NCBI GenBank assembly: GCA_036723985.1
Contig: DAIMGK010000005.1
Location: 235 to 64,234, forward strand
Source of the DNA: Flexilinea sp.
GTDB taxonomy: Bacteria > Chloroflexota > Anaerolineae > Anaerolineales > Anaerolineaceae
DNA length: 64,000 bases
Reading direction: 5' to 3'
Shown: positions 63,913 through 64,000 of the stretch, in pieces
Numbering within the stretch: position 1 is the stretch's first letter
Layout: each line of letters opens with the position of its first letter
Position numbers and translations under genes: made by a program
Notes under the pieces: generated by a model
The model's database searches: none
Told to the model about the DNA's origin: nothing
The model's input: only the letters and a program-made list of their open reading frames with translations

Positions 63913-64000
63913 AATTTTCCCGCAGTAAATATCCAGAATTCGGGAAGGTACATGCGCACGGATAAAGCCACTGTTTTCCGCGATTTCCCTTGCCTCCTGA
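63910..64000 (-). CDS. 3' end of a gene (possibly a glutamine synthetase-family gene, by context only)
   Basis: The minus-strand frame reads ...QEAREIAENSGFIRAHVPSRILDIYCGKI then stop. The call rests on its position upstream of an ANTAR regulator and gltBD and on vague similarity to GS C-termini. Confidence 0.35.
   Translation of the reverse strand, partial: QEAREIAENSGFIRAHVPSRILDIYCGKI

Noticed and set aside
1-64000. Mobile genetic element, prophage, defence island or biosynthetic gene cluster.
   Set aside because: I saw no integrase, transposase, phage structural, restriction/Cas/toxin-antitoxin or core biosynthetic (PKS/NRPS/RiPP) genes. The A+T-richer segments (about 9281-11000 and 27878-33442) hint at heterogeneous origin but have no recognisable boundaries.

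Overview
The window holds about 36 protein genes (27 on the minus strand) and no rRNA, tRNA, CRISPR array, transposase or integrase that I can see. GGAGG-type ribosome-binding sites and the gene content suggest an anaerobic Clostridia-type Firmicute; that assignment is inference only.

Gene content, left to right:
- An EEP-phosphoesterase plus Fe3+/PotD-type ABC importer operon (822-5903, + strand) behind a consensus promoter.
- A minus-strand cluster of five uncharacterised zinc-ribbon/TM-anchored or secreted proteins (6001-14116).
- A membrane-anchored family-II pyrophosphatase-like DHH protein and a secreted histidine acid phosphatase (14526-17197).
- A secreted-protease island holding M4, S15 fused to an HEXXH domain, C11 and three S41-like paralogues (17458-27460 and 36190-40178).
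- Within that island, two giant MscS-like channels with sensor-like ectodomains (27878-33442), plus AIM24, bPH and DUF4428 genes.
- An acyltransferase-3 gene behind a roughly 300-nt structured leader, a secreted hypothetical protein and a half-length AI-2E transporter.
- Two giant tandem PAS/GGDEF/EAL proteins (43868-52271), a small MscS, and a housekeeping nitrogen block: guaA, glmS, gltD, gltB, an ANTAR regulator and the 3' end of a possible glnA.

The most unusual signal is non-coding. Three families of intergenic elements recur:
- Degenerate period-7 tandem arrays, several starting exactly at stop codons, with a roughly 200-bp composite block at 63094-63293.
- Nested GGGGAC...GTCCCC hairpins, REP-like in appearance, at gene ends.
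- A roughly 90-nt structured element present in two collinear copies plus one partial copy.

All functional interpretations of these elements are hypotheses. No database search or computation was possible.
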